Positions 10,832 to 18,538 of a stretch of 29,324 nucleotides of DNA are shown one piece after another (position 1 is the stretch's first letter; each line of letters opens with the position of its first letter). Below the pieces are notes generated by a model. That model made no database searches. It had not been told where the DNA came from and saw only the letters and a program-made list of their open reading frames with translations. The DNA comes from a virus. Taxonomy: Duplodnaviria > Caudoviricetes. The stretch is taken from positions 1-29,324 of the IMG/VR virus record IMGVR_UViG_3300030330_001467. One strand, written 5' to 3'. The position numbers and the translations under genes are program-made.

Positions 10832-11327
10832 AAAAACATATAATGGTAATTTAAATATAGGCAAAAAGGTTGTATCAGTAGATACTGATATTAATTATCA
10901 AGCTATAGAAATCAAATATATTGGAACAATGAATATTAATAAATTATTACCAAGTAATTATTTAGTACAATCTGGTAGTAATAAAGTTATTATAGTTAAA
11001 CTTACACATGATGATGAAATTCTTACAGATTTATTTAGTTATAGAGGTAGAGCATTAATAACTAAATGTATTATAGTAGATAAAGAATTAAATAGTTATA
11101 ATCTATTTGTTAATAAAAGCAATCTTGAATTATGGAACACATTAAGCAGAACACAAAAATCTGGAACAACAGATGGTGTTGAACAAGATTGGGCATATAT
11201 TACTAGAGATTGGGAAAATATAGATTATGATGGAGTAAATAACAAATATAAATATAATCATATAAAAACAACATATGATAAAGAAAATAGAAAATATATA
11301 ACTACTACAGATATAAGGAAGAAATAG
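10824..11327 (+). CDS. Tail-associated beta-rich protein, possibly cohesin-like
   Basis: ATG 10824 overlaps the end of the upstream gene; alternating beta-strand pattern (YQAIEIKYIG, KVIIVKL, LFSYRGRALITKCIIVD). Confidence 0.5.
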   Translation: MSKKTYNGNLNIGKKVVSVDTDINYQAIEIKYIGTMNINKLLPSNYLVQSGSNKVIIVKLTHDDEILTDLFSYRGRALITKCIIVDKELNSYNLFVNKSNLELWNTLSRTQKSGTTDGVEQDWAYITRDWENIDYDGVNNKYKYNHIKTTYDKENRKYITTTDIRKK

Positions 11328-12410
11328 ATGGCAAATTCATATTACCAAACACCAACAATACCAAGATTATATACATCATATCCATTATGGCAATATGCAA
11401 ATGGTGCATTAGATTGGTATAGGTCAGATGGAGATGTATTAAGTGATGAAGAATTAATTAGTTTAATTCAACTTGATCCAAGTAAAACTATTGCAATACC
11501 ACAAAATGGAACATCAAGTAAAATACAATTAAATTATAAAATTAATCCAAATGATGATGATAGTAATATGTTTGAAAACAATTTATGGAATTTTAATTAT
11601 ATGATGGTTTTAGGTCATAATCTTGCATCTGCTAATTCAGGCATTATGCCACAAATAATGGATAGAAGCTATAATGATGCAGATCCAATAAATAGTGCTA
11701 ATTTAGTAAACTATGCACCATTTGGTATTCCAGAATATGATGGATGGTCATTAATGGAATTAACAGACACAAGACCTATAAGAAATAATAATGATAATAT
11801 TTTTAGATGCACATTTGATGTAGAAGATATAGATGAATCACCAATATTATGTGGTTCTTTATTATGGGGTAAATATTTTGATTTTCCTATTAATTGTTCT
11901 TTAAATACACAAACAAAATTTGATTATGGTGTAAAACAAAAACAAACATTATCTGGAAAGACAGTATCAACAGCTAACTGGACAAAACCAAGCAACTGGA
12001 TCACAGAACCATTTGGATTATCAGAACCATTTACAGGTAGAGGTGATAATTTTCAAAGAAGAAGTGGTAGAAGAACTTGGAAGATCAGCTTTGATAGTAT
12101 TGCACCAGATAAAGTAATGAATCAGAATCCAATGTTAAATAGTTTTGGTTGGAAGCCACAAGATAATCATGCTACTGGTTCTGGATTAGATGGTAATGAA
12201 AGTTTATATGATATTAACTATGCTTTAGATTTCTATACAAATGTTGTTAATAAAACTATGGGTGGTCATTTACCTATGGTATTACAGCTAAATAAAGATG
12301 TATTTTCACCTGAATCATTTGCTATTGTTAGGATGCAAAAAGATTATACAATTACTCAAAAATCACCAAATTTATATAATGTTAGCTTAACACTAGTAGA
12401 GCAAATATAA
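11328..12410 (+). CDS. Tail protein, distal-tail/baseplate-like
   Basis: 360 aa, last gene before the terminator; FDYGVKQKQTLSGK, GRRTWKISFDSI and YNVSLTLVEQI resemble phage minor tail proteins. Confidence 0.55.
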   Translation: MANSYYQTPTIPRLYTSYPLWQYANGALDWYRSDGDVLSDEELISLIQLDPSKTIAIPQNGTSSKIQLNYKINPNDDDSNMFENNLWNFNYMMVLGHNLASANSGIMPQIMDRSYNDADPINSANLVNYAPFGIPEYDGWSLMELTDTRPIRNNNDNIFRCTFDVEDIDESPILCGSLLWGKYFDFPINCSLNTQTKFDYGVKQKQTLSGKTVSTANWTKPSNWITEPFGLSEPFTGRGDNFQRRSGRRTWKISFDSIAPDKVMNQNPMLNSFGWKPQDNHATGSGLDGNESLYDINYALDFYTNVVNKTMGGHLPMVLQLNKDVFSPESFAIVRMQKDYTITQKSPNLYNVSLTLVEQI

Positions 12411-12416
12411 AAAGAA

Positions 12417-12452
12417 CTCTATCCTCCTTCTTACCTTATAAAGTCCATAGAG
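12417..12452 (+). ncRNA. Candidate hairpin with anti-Shine-Dalgarno loop (putative regulatory RNA element)
   Basis: Stem CTCTAT (12417-22)/ATAGAG (12447-52); loop CCTCCTTCTTACCTTATAAAGTCC is complementary to the RBS regions at 4229-4241 and 12576-12588. Confidence 0.4.
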
Positions 12453-12458
12453 AAGATG

Positions 12459-12488
12459 AAGCCACTTTAATTAGTGGCTTTTTCTTTT
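12459..12488 (+). terminator. Rho-independent terminator ending the late operon
   Basis: AAGCCACT-ttaatt-AGTGGCTT followed by TTTCTTTT. Confidence 0.85.
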
Positions 12489-12503
12489 ATAATTATTATT
12501 TAC

Positions 12504-12532
12504 TTGATTATAATAATATTATTTTTTATATT
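12504..12532 (+). promoter_or_regulatory. Sigma70-like early promoter
   Basis: TTGATT (12504-09)-N17-TATATT (12527-32), after the terminator and before the first early gene. Confidence 0.6.
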
Positions 12533-12596
12533 TATATATAGCAAATGGCTATGTATTAGGGAAAAATAAATTTAAATAAGGTAAGGAGAAAGTCAA

Positions 12597-13259
12597 ATGC
12601 CAGTATCAATACATGGTAAAGAATACTACACAGTAGTAGAAAGAATGAATATGCTTATAAAAAAGCATGAAAATAACTACAGCATAGATACAGAACTTGT
12701 ACAATTTGAAGGTGGATGTGTAATTATAAAAGCAACACTTAAAATTGGTAGTCAAACATATTCTGGACATGCTATGGAAGAAGTTGGTTCAAATAAAATT
12801 AACACAACTTCAGCATTAGAAAATTGTGAAACTTCTGCAATAGGTAGATGTTTATCAAGTGCAGGATTCTTTGGTTCTGAATTTTGTAGTGCTAATGAAC
12901 TTGAAACTGCATTAACACAACAAAAGCAATCTAAACCTACATCTAAACCAAATAAAGAAGTTGTAGATATGATGCACAATGCTGTTAATCCACCTACACT
13001 TAAAGATGTTAAGGATAAGTTTGGTGATGATAATGTTGATCTTGTTAAAAACATTATAACTTTTGGTAAGCATAATGGACAAGAATGGAGTAAAATACCA
13101 GAAGATTATATTGTTTGGGTAGCTAAAAACAGCAAGGTTGCACATCAAAGAGAACAAGCTGAAAAAGAACTACAAAGAAGAAATCCAAAACCTAAAAGAC
13201 AATCTGGTGGTATGTCTGAAAAAGCATATCAAGAAGATTTAGAAGGGATGCCATTATGA
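12597..13259 (+). CDS. Putative ssDNA-annealing/recombination protein (Rad52/Sak-like) with C-terminal FGKH..W (DUF3820/ExoX C-terminal-like) domain
   Basis: IHGKEYYTVVER and SALENCETSAIGRCL motifs; ITFGKHNGQEWSKIPEDYIVWV; strong SD AAGGAG. Confidence 0.6.
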   Translation: MPVSIHGKEYYTVVERMNMLIKKHENNYSIDTELVQFEGGCVIIKATLKIGSQTYSGHAMEEVGSNKINTTSALENCETSAIGRCLSSAGFFGSEFCSANELETALTQQKQSKPTSKPNKEVVDMMHNAVNPPTLKDVKDKFGDDNVDLVKNIITFGKHNGQEWSKIPEDYIVWVAKNSKVAHQREQAEKELQRRNPKPKRQSGGMSEKAYQEDLEGMPL

Positions 13260-13384
13260 ACTTTGAATTTATAATATTTTGTATTTTTGGATTCATATTA
13301 TTCTTTTCATTTGTAATGTTATGTGATATAATCATAGAAGAAGCATTAAATCTATGGGAAAGGATTAAAAAATGGCAAAAGTAA
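13256..13384 (+). CDS. Small membrane protein (42 aa; not in ORF track)
   Basis: MNFEFIIFCIFGFILFFSFVMLCDIIIEEALNLWERIKKWQK; ATGA overlap with the upstream stop. Confidence 0.55.
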   Translation: MNFEFIIFCIFGFILFFSFVMLCDIIIEEALNLWERIKKWQK

Positions 13385-13524
13385 ATCAAAAAGCTAAAAA
13401 TTCAAGAGTTATAGCTATAGATGCAGACATACATCATATATTAAGGGTGTATGCTGCACAAAATGATAAAGGAATAGCAGAAGTAGCATCTAAAGCAATT
13501 CTACATTATATATCTAATAACTAA
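13372..13524 (+). CDS. Ribbon-helix-helix DNA-binding protein (50 aa; not in ORF track)
   Basis: MAKVNQKAKNSRVIAIDADIHHILRVYAAQNDKGIAEVASKAILHYISNN fits the Arc/CopG strand-helix-helix pattern; SD AAGGA; TAATG overlap with the next gene. Confidence 0.7.
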   Translation: MAKVNQKAKNSRVIAIDADIHHILRVYAAQNDKGIAEVASKAILHYISNN

Positions 13525-14033
13525 TGAGTTTTAAAGACAAAATAGAAGATAGAATGAAGTTTACATGGAGTGAGGATATTGCAGTTGAATACTTTAAACT
13601 CAAAGGTTTAAAATATGAAAAAGTTGGATTAGATGGAAAAATAGATGCACAAACTAGAATGTCCATGCCTGAAGTTGATAGAAGTAAACCAGATTTTAAA
13701 ATATATATTGATCCACCAATATATGTTGAAGTAAAAACTGGTGCATCTGGTAGGTCTGAAGATGATATAAATGAAGGAAGAGCATATCCTCACTTTAAAT
13801 TTAAAATAAAGGATTTCAAAGCATATTTACATTGGAATAAAAAAAGAAATACTTATTTAATGATACATTGGGATTTTGGCAAAGATGGAGTGATTAGAAA
13901 GAAAGTATCTATATTATATATGCAAAGATTAATACAAAATAAAAATTATAAAAAATTTAAATATAATAATAAAAATGAAAATAATAAGGAATATTATGCA
14001 ATACCAATGGAGGATTTAAATGGAAAATTTTAG
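13524..14033 (+). CDS. PD-(D/E)xK restriction-endonuclease-fold protein
   Basis: N-terminal helix with E (SEDIAVEYF), followed by KPDFKI...YVEVKT catalytic pattern. Confidence 0.65.
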   Translation: MSFKDKIEDRMKFTWSEDIAVEYFKLKGLKYEKVGLDGKIDAQTRMSMPEVDRSKPDFKIYIDPPIYVEVKTGASGRSEDDINEGRAYPHFKFKIKDFKAYLHWNKKRNTYLMIHWDFGKDGVIRKKVSILYMQRLIQNKNYKKFKYNNKNENNKEYYAIPMEDLNGKF

Positions 14034-14190
14034 AAAAACTTGTATAGCTTGTAAAAAAGAAAAGAAACAAAAAAAATTTAGAAAAGTAGGTACATATTTT
14101 AAATCTAGGTGTTCTAAATGTGAAAATGAATTTAATAAGGCATATTACAAGAAGAAAGCATTGAAAATCAAACAAAATAGATGGTTTTAA
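14020..14190 (+). CDS. Small basic CxxC/CxxC zinc-finger protein (56 aa; not in ORF track)
   Basis: MENFRKTCIACKKEKKQKKFRKVGTYFKSRCSKCENEFNKAYY...; SD GGAGG. Confidence 0.65.
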   Translation: MENFRKTCIACKKEKKQKKFRKVGTYFKSRCSKCENEFNKAYYKKKALKIKQNRWF

Positions 14191-14193
14191 AGA

Positions 14194-14793
14194 ATGTTGC
14201 TTAATAAAGATAAAATAATATTAGATTTATGTGGTGGTACAGGCAGTTGGAGTAAACCATATAAAGAAAATGGTTATGATGTTAGATTAATTACATTACC
14301 TGATAATGATGTAAGAAATTATGTACCACCAAAAAATGTACATGGAATACTTGCAGCACCACCATGTGACCAATTTAGTTTTGCAAAAACAACTGGTAAA
14401 CCAAGAAATTTAAAAAGTGCATATGAAATAGTTAATGCTTGTTTAAATATTATAGCACAATGTCAATATGATATACCAAGTCCTTATGCTAAAACAACTA
14501 CATTAAAGTTTTGGGCATTAGAAAATCCAAAAGGATTATTAAAAAGATTTATAGGTAAACCATGTTATGAATTTAATCCATATGATTTTGGTGATAATTA
14601 TAAAAAGGCAACTTGCTTATGGGGTTGGTTTAATTTTCCAAAAAAAAATCCAATTAAATGTGATATGCCTAAATTTGATAGATTAAAAAGCAAGGACATA
14701 CATCCTGAATATTTTGGTAAATATACAAGATTAGAAAGAAGAAGTATGACACCACAAGGTTTTGCAAAGGCATTTTATGAGGTAAATAAATGA
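14194..14793 (+). CDS. Short C5 cytosine DNA methyltransferase
   Basis: Motif I LDLCGGTG, motif IV AAPPCDQFS, motif VI WALENP; only 199 aa. Confidence 0.8.
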   Translation: MLLNKDKIILDLCGGTGSWSKPYKENGYDVRLITLPDNDVRNYVPPKNVHGILAAPPCDQFSFAKTTGKPRNLKSAYEIVNACLNIIAQCQYDIPSPYAKTTTLKFWALENPKGLLKRFIGKPCYEFNPYDFGDNYKKATCLWGWFNFPKKNPIKCDMPKFDRLKSKDIHPEYFGKYTRLERRSMTPQGFAKAFYEVNK

Positions 14794-14894
14794 AATACAT
14801 ACAAATAGAGGGTATTATAAAGTTAATGTTAATAGGTGCTTGTTTTTGGTTTTGGTGGAAAGTGATAGCATCAATAGTAAATTTTATATATTAA
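14790..14894 (+). CDS. Small membrane peptide (34 aa; not in ORF track)
   Basis: MKYIQIEGIIKLMLIGACFWFWWKVIASIVNFIY; SD GAGG; ATGA overlap. Confidence 0.5.
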   Translation: MKYIQIEGIIKLMLIGACFWFWWKVIASIVNFIY

Positions 14895-14904
14895 GGAGAA
14901 CAAA

Positions 14905-15699
14905 ATGAATCAGGGATATATAGCATTACATAGAAGAATATTAGATAATCCAATACTAACTAAATCCAGGACCTATAGCAGATTTGAAGCATTTATATAT
15001 ATGCTGTTAAGAGCAAATCATAAAGAAAATAAAGTAGTAATTGGCAATCAGCTAGTTAAGGTTAAAAGAGGAAGTTTTATAACTTCACAGAAGAAATTAC
15101 AGATAGTATTTAATTGGGGATCAAGCAAGTTAAAAGCATTTTTATTATTACTAGAAAATGATAAAATGATAGATATAAAAACAAATAACCTAGCAACTAT
15201 GATAACTATAATAAAATATGATACTTATCAGGATTATCAGAAATCAAATAGAAAACAATTAGAATCCAAACAGAAAACAACTGGAAAACAATCAGAAACA
15301 AACAATAATGATATAATAATGAATAATAATGAAAATAAAGAACAGGAATTTATCAATAAAGTTTTAGCTGAAGGTTTAAAAATTACACCAATGGTAGCAC
15401 CTGATATAATAGATGATTTTTGTAATTACTGGACAGAAAAGAATATAGCAGGTAAGAAGATGAAGTTTGAAATGCAACAAACATTTGATATTAAAAGAAG
15501 ATTAAAGAAATGGTTGAAGAATCAAAAGGATTGGAATGTTAATACTAAAAAACCTGCTGTTAATTATAAAACAACTACAACAGGACATTTTATTGGTTAT
15601 TGTGAAAAGTGTAATGAATCAAGTTTTTATAATCAATATAACATTAAAGGTGATAGTGTATGCTGTTCAGCATTAATATTACCAGAAAAGAAATTATGA
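14905..15699 (+). CDS. Phage replication initiator/replisome organiser
   Basis: GYIALHRRILD...FIYMLLRANH...VKRGSFITS winged-helix N-terminus, N/K/Q-rich linker, DFCNYWTE...FDIKRRLKKW C-terminal domain, terminal Cys cluster. Confidence 0.8.
   Translation: MNQGYIALHRRILDNPILTKSRTYSRFEAFIYMLLRANHKENKVVIGNQLVKVKRGSFITSQKKLQIVFNWGSSKLKAFLLLLENDKMIDIKTNNLATMITIIKYDTYQDYQKSNRKQLESKQKTTGKQSETNNNDIIMNNNENKEQEFINKVLAEGLKITPMVAPDIIDDFCNYWTEKNIAGKKMKFEMQQTFDIKRRLKKWLKNQKDWNVNTKKPAVNYKTTTTGHFIGYCEKCNESSFYNQYNIKGDSVCCSALILPEKKL
15240..15340. repeat. Putative replication origin: 11-bp-period iterons plus AT-rich tract
   Basis: GAAATCAAATA, GAAAACAATTA, GAATCCAAACA, GAAAACAACTG, GAAAACAATCA and a degenerate GAAACAAACAA at 15240/51/62/73/84/95, then an AT-rich run, all inside the initiator linker. 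Confidence 0.6.
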
Positions 15700-15710
15700 G
15701 AGGAAACAAT

Positions 15711-15773
15711 ATGGGTGCATCAGTACTCCCTAGTATATCCCTAATACTACATATCCCTAGCTGGTGTACCCAT
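15711..15773 (+). ncRNA. Candidate structured RNA: 13-bp stem with a loop carrying three TCCCTA repeats
   Basis: ATGGGTGCATCAG pairs with CTGGTGTACCCAT (two G-U pairs on the + strand); TCCCTA at 15727, 15738 and 15754. Confidence 0.5.
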
Positions 15774-15781
15774 TTGCCATT

Positions 15782-16195
15782 ATGAATAAAATACATTTTG
15801 AAATAAAAGAAAATCCTGTTGCACAGAAAAGACATAGACATAGTAGGTTTGTTGTATATGATCCAAGCAGCAAAGATAAAACAAGAATAAAGAACTTAAT
15901 TATAAAACAATGTAAAGATTTCTATACAGATGGTCCAGTATCTATGATAATTGATTTTAATATACAAAGACCTAAAGTACACTTTGGTACTGGAAAGAAT
16001 AGTAAAATAGTAAAAGCAAAAGCACCAATATTACATATACAAAAACCAGATATAGATAATTATATTAAGTTGTATTGTGATGTATTAACTAACTGTGGTA
16101 TATGGAAAGATGATAGTCAAATAATAAACATATCTGCATCTAAACATTGGGTAGATAATAATCCATGTACTAAAATAACTGTATTTAAACTATGA
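15782..16195 (+). CDS. rusA: RusA-family Holliday junction resolvase
   Basis: PVAQKRHR, KPDIDNYIKLYCDVL and WKDDSQII motifs; ATG 15782 is a likelier start than GTG 15764. Confidence 0.9.
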   Translation: MNKIHFEIKENPVAQKRHRHSRFVVYDPSSKDKTRIKNLIIKQCKDFYTDGPVSMIIDFNIQRPKVHFGTGKNSKIVKAKAPILHIQKPDIDNYIKLYCDVLTNCGIWKDDSQIINISASKHWVDNNPCTKITVFKL

Positions 16196-16866
16196 TAGAT
16201 TTAATATTAGATGATTGTATGAATGTAATGAAAGATTATGATGATAATCACTTTGATTTGGCTATTGTTGATCCACCTTATGGAGGAGCAGTTGAAAAAG
16301 GTGGGTATAAAGAAGAAAGTTTTAATGGACACTTGTCAGGTGGAAGATCAAAAAAATATAAAACACACAGGACAGGTGGAACTTGGGCAGAAAAATATGG
16401 AACAAAAATTAAACAATGGGATTTAGCACCAACAAAAGAATATTTTAATGAGTTGTTTAGAGTATCTAAAAATCAGATTATATGGGGGGGGAATTATTTT
16501 GATTTACCACCTAATAGATGTTTTTTAATATGGAGAAAATTAACAATTAGTGAAAAATTTACTATGGCTATGTGTGAATATGCTTGGGCAAGTTTTAATA
16601 AAAATGCAAAATGGATTGAAATTGCACCACAAGATAAAGCAAGATTTCATCCAACACAAAAGCCTGTAAAACTATATGAATGGCTACTACATAACTATGC
16701 AGAAAAAGGACAAAAAATATTAGACACACATTTAGGTTCAGGTAGTATAGCTGTTGCCTGTCATTACTTTGGAGTAGATTTAGTTGGTATAGAGATAGAT
16801 GAAGAATACTACAACAAGACAAAAGAAAGAATAGATAACTTAACAAAACAGGAAACTTTGTTCTAA
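16192..16866 (+). CDS. N6-adenine/N4-cytosine DNA methyltransferase (beta class)
   Basis: DLAIVDPPY precedes HPTQKPVKLY and ILDTHLGSGS. Confidence 0.92.
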   Translation: MIDLILDDCMNVMKDYDDNHFDLAIVDPPYGGAVEKGGYKEESFNGHLSGGRSKKYKTHRTGGTWAEKYGTKIKQWDLAPTKEYFNELFRVSKNQIIWGGNYFDLPPNRCFLIWRKLTISEKFTMAMCEYAWASFNKNAKWIEIAPQDKARFHPTQKPVKLYEWLLHNYAEKGQKILDTHLGSGSIAVACHYFGVDLVGIEIDEEYYNKTKERIDNLTKQETLF

Positions 16867-16911
16867 ATAGTATAATTTTCTTATTTTATATTTCATATAA
16901 TTGGTTATATT

Positions 16912-17277
16912 ATGAATGTGGAAAAGCCTAAAAAACTAAACAAATCAGACAAAATACAACTTAAAAAAGAAGTTATCTTAAAAGCATTACATGATAATCT
17001 ATGTCATATATCCAAAAGTTGTAAAGCAGCTAACATATCAAGAGCAACATTCTATGCTTGGCAAAAAGAAGATGATAAATTTAAAGAAGATTGTGATGCT
17101 GTAGCTGATGGTTTAGTTGATCATGTTGAACACCAACTATTACAAAAGATAAACAAAGGTGATACAACAGCAATAATATTTTTCTTAAAAACTAAAGGTA
17201 AGGATAGAGGATATACTGAAAAGCAAGAGTTTGAAATAGTTAAACCTATTGAGGATATTGTATTTGATGAAATGTAA
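16912..17277 (+). CDS. terS: Terminase small subunit
   Basis: HTH ISKSCKAANISRATFYAW and GDTTAIIFFLKTKGKDRGYTEK motif; directly upstream of terL. Confidence 0.8.
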   Translation: MNVEKPKKLNKSDKIQLKKEVILKALHDNLCHISKSCKAANISRATFYAWQKEDDKFKEDCDAVADGLVDHVEHQLLQKINKGDTTAIIFFLKTKGKDRGYTEKQEFEIVKPIEDIVFDEM

Positions 17278-18538
17278 TGTAATGACATTAAAGAAAGATA
17301 AGTACTTTCCATCACAATGGGAGTTCTTAACTAATAAGAATAAATGCAGAATATCTGGATATGTTGGTGGCTTTGGATCAGGTAAAACATTTAGCTTATT
17401 ATCTAAAGTATTTTATTGTCTTATTACAAAGAAAAATAAAGATGGTATATCTAATGGATTAATATTATATCCTACTTATTCATTAGCAGAAGAAGTATTT
17501 GTAGAACCATTCAGGGAAATACTAGAAAGAAATGGAATACCATATACATACAATATTGCTGCACATAGATTTAAGACACCATATGGCAACATAAAAATTT
17601 ATCAAACAAGGTATCCACAAAGAATAGTTGGTAGTAGTTATACTTATTGTGGTATAGATGAACTTGATATTGAAACAAGAGCATATGCTGAATTATCAGT
17701 ACAAAAAGCATTAGGAAGATTAAGAGGATGTGAAGATGCTGAATTGTTTATTACAAGTACACCAGAAGGATATGGTTATTTATGGGAACTATTTGTAGAA
17801 CAAGCATCACCAAGCAAGATGTTGGTTCATGGTAAAACAACTGATAATCCATATCTTCCTAAATCATATATAGAAGCATTAAAAGAAAACTATGATGAAC
17901 AACTACTTAAAGCATACATCAATGGTGAATTTGTTAATTTAACACAAGGAAATACTTACTATGGATTTAAAAGAGATTTACATACAGGAGAATACAAATA
18001 CAACAGGTACTTGCCACTTCATGTGGGATTTGACTTTAATGTCCACCCACAATGTGCCATTATTACCCAAAAGCAAAGTGATGGTACAGTACATTGTATC
18101 AAAGAAGTAGTACTAGATGATGCAGGTGATGGTGATTTGCTTACACAAAGAATGTGTAATACTATTAAGAGTTTATTTCCAAACAACACCTACTATGCTT
18201 ATCCAGATGCTACAGGTAGTGCAAAACACAGTTCAAGTACTTTTTCAGATATTAGTTTAATTAGAAGGAATGGATTTATAGTTAAAGTTAATCATATTAA
18301 TCCTAGAGTTATTAATAGAGTTAATGCTGTTAATAATATGTTTAGCAAGAATAAGATCAAGGTGGATAAGAGTTGTAAAACATTAATAAAAGATTTAGAG
18401 CAAGTAACTAACAAGGAAGGAACAAGGGAAATAGATAAGTCTAACAAAGCATTATCACATATGAGTGATGCTTTAGGATATTACATTTCTTATTGTTTTC
18501 CAATCACTAAACCCATTATAGGAGTACAAGATAGATGA
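17267..18538 (+). CDS. terL: Terminase large subunit
   Basis: Walker A GGFGSGKT, Walker B GIDE, coupling TSTPEG, nuclease GFDFN...HMSDALGY; exact start uncertain (17249/17267/17282). Confidence 0.95.
   Translation: MKCNVMTLKKDKYFPSQWEFLTNKNKCRISGYVGGFGSGKTFSLLSKVFYCLITKKNKDGISNGLILYPTYSLAEEVFVEPFREILERNGIPYTYNIAAHRFKTPYGNIKIYQTRYPQRIVGSSYTYCGIDELDIETRAYAELSVQKALGRLRGCEDAELFITSTPEGYGYLWELFVEQASPSKMLVHGKTTDNPYLPKSYIEALKENYDEQLLKAYINGEFVNLTQGNTYYGFKRDLHTGEYKYNRYLPLHVGFDFNVHPQCAIITQKQSDGTVHCIKEVVLDDAGDGDLLTQRMCNTIKSLFPNNTYYAYPDATGSAKHSSSTFSDISLIRRNGFIVKVNHINPRVINRVNAVNNMFSKNKIKVDKSCKTLIKDLEQVTNKEGTREIDKSNKALSHMSDALGYYISYCFPITKPIIGVQDR

Noticed and set aside
11325-11330. In-frame stop-ATG junctions (TAG 11327, TAA 23136, TGA 25041) suggesting read-through or an alternative genetic code
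   Set aside because: All three stop codons terminate genes normally, coding density is high under code 11, and I saw no suppressor tRNA
15727-15760. TCCCTA repeats as a mini-CRISPR array or telomere-like repeat
   Set aside because: Units are 6-7 bp with very short gaps and there are no cas genes; better treated as a hairpin loop
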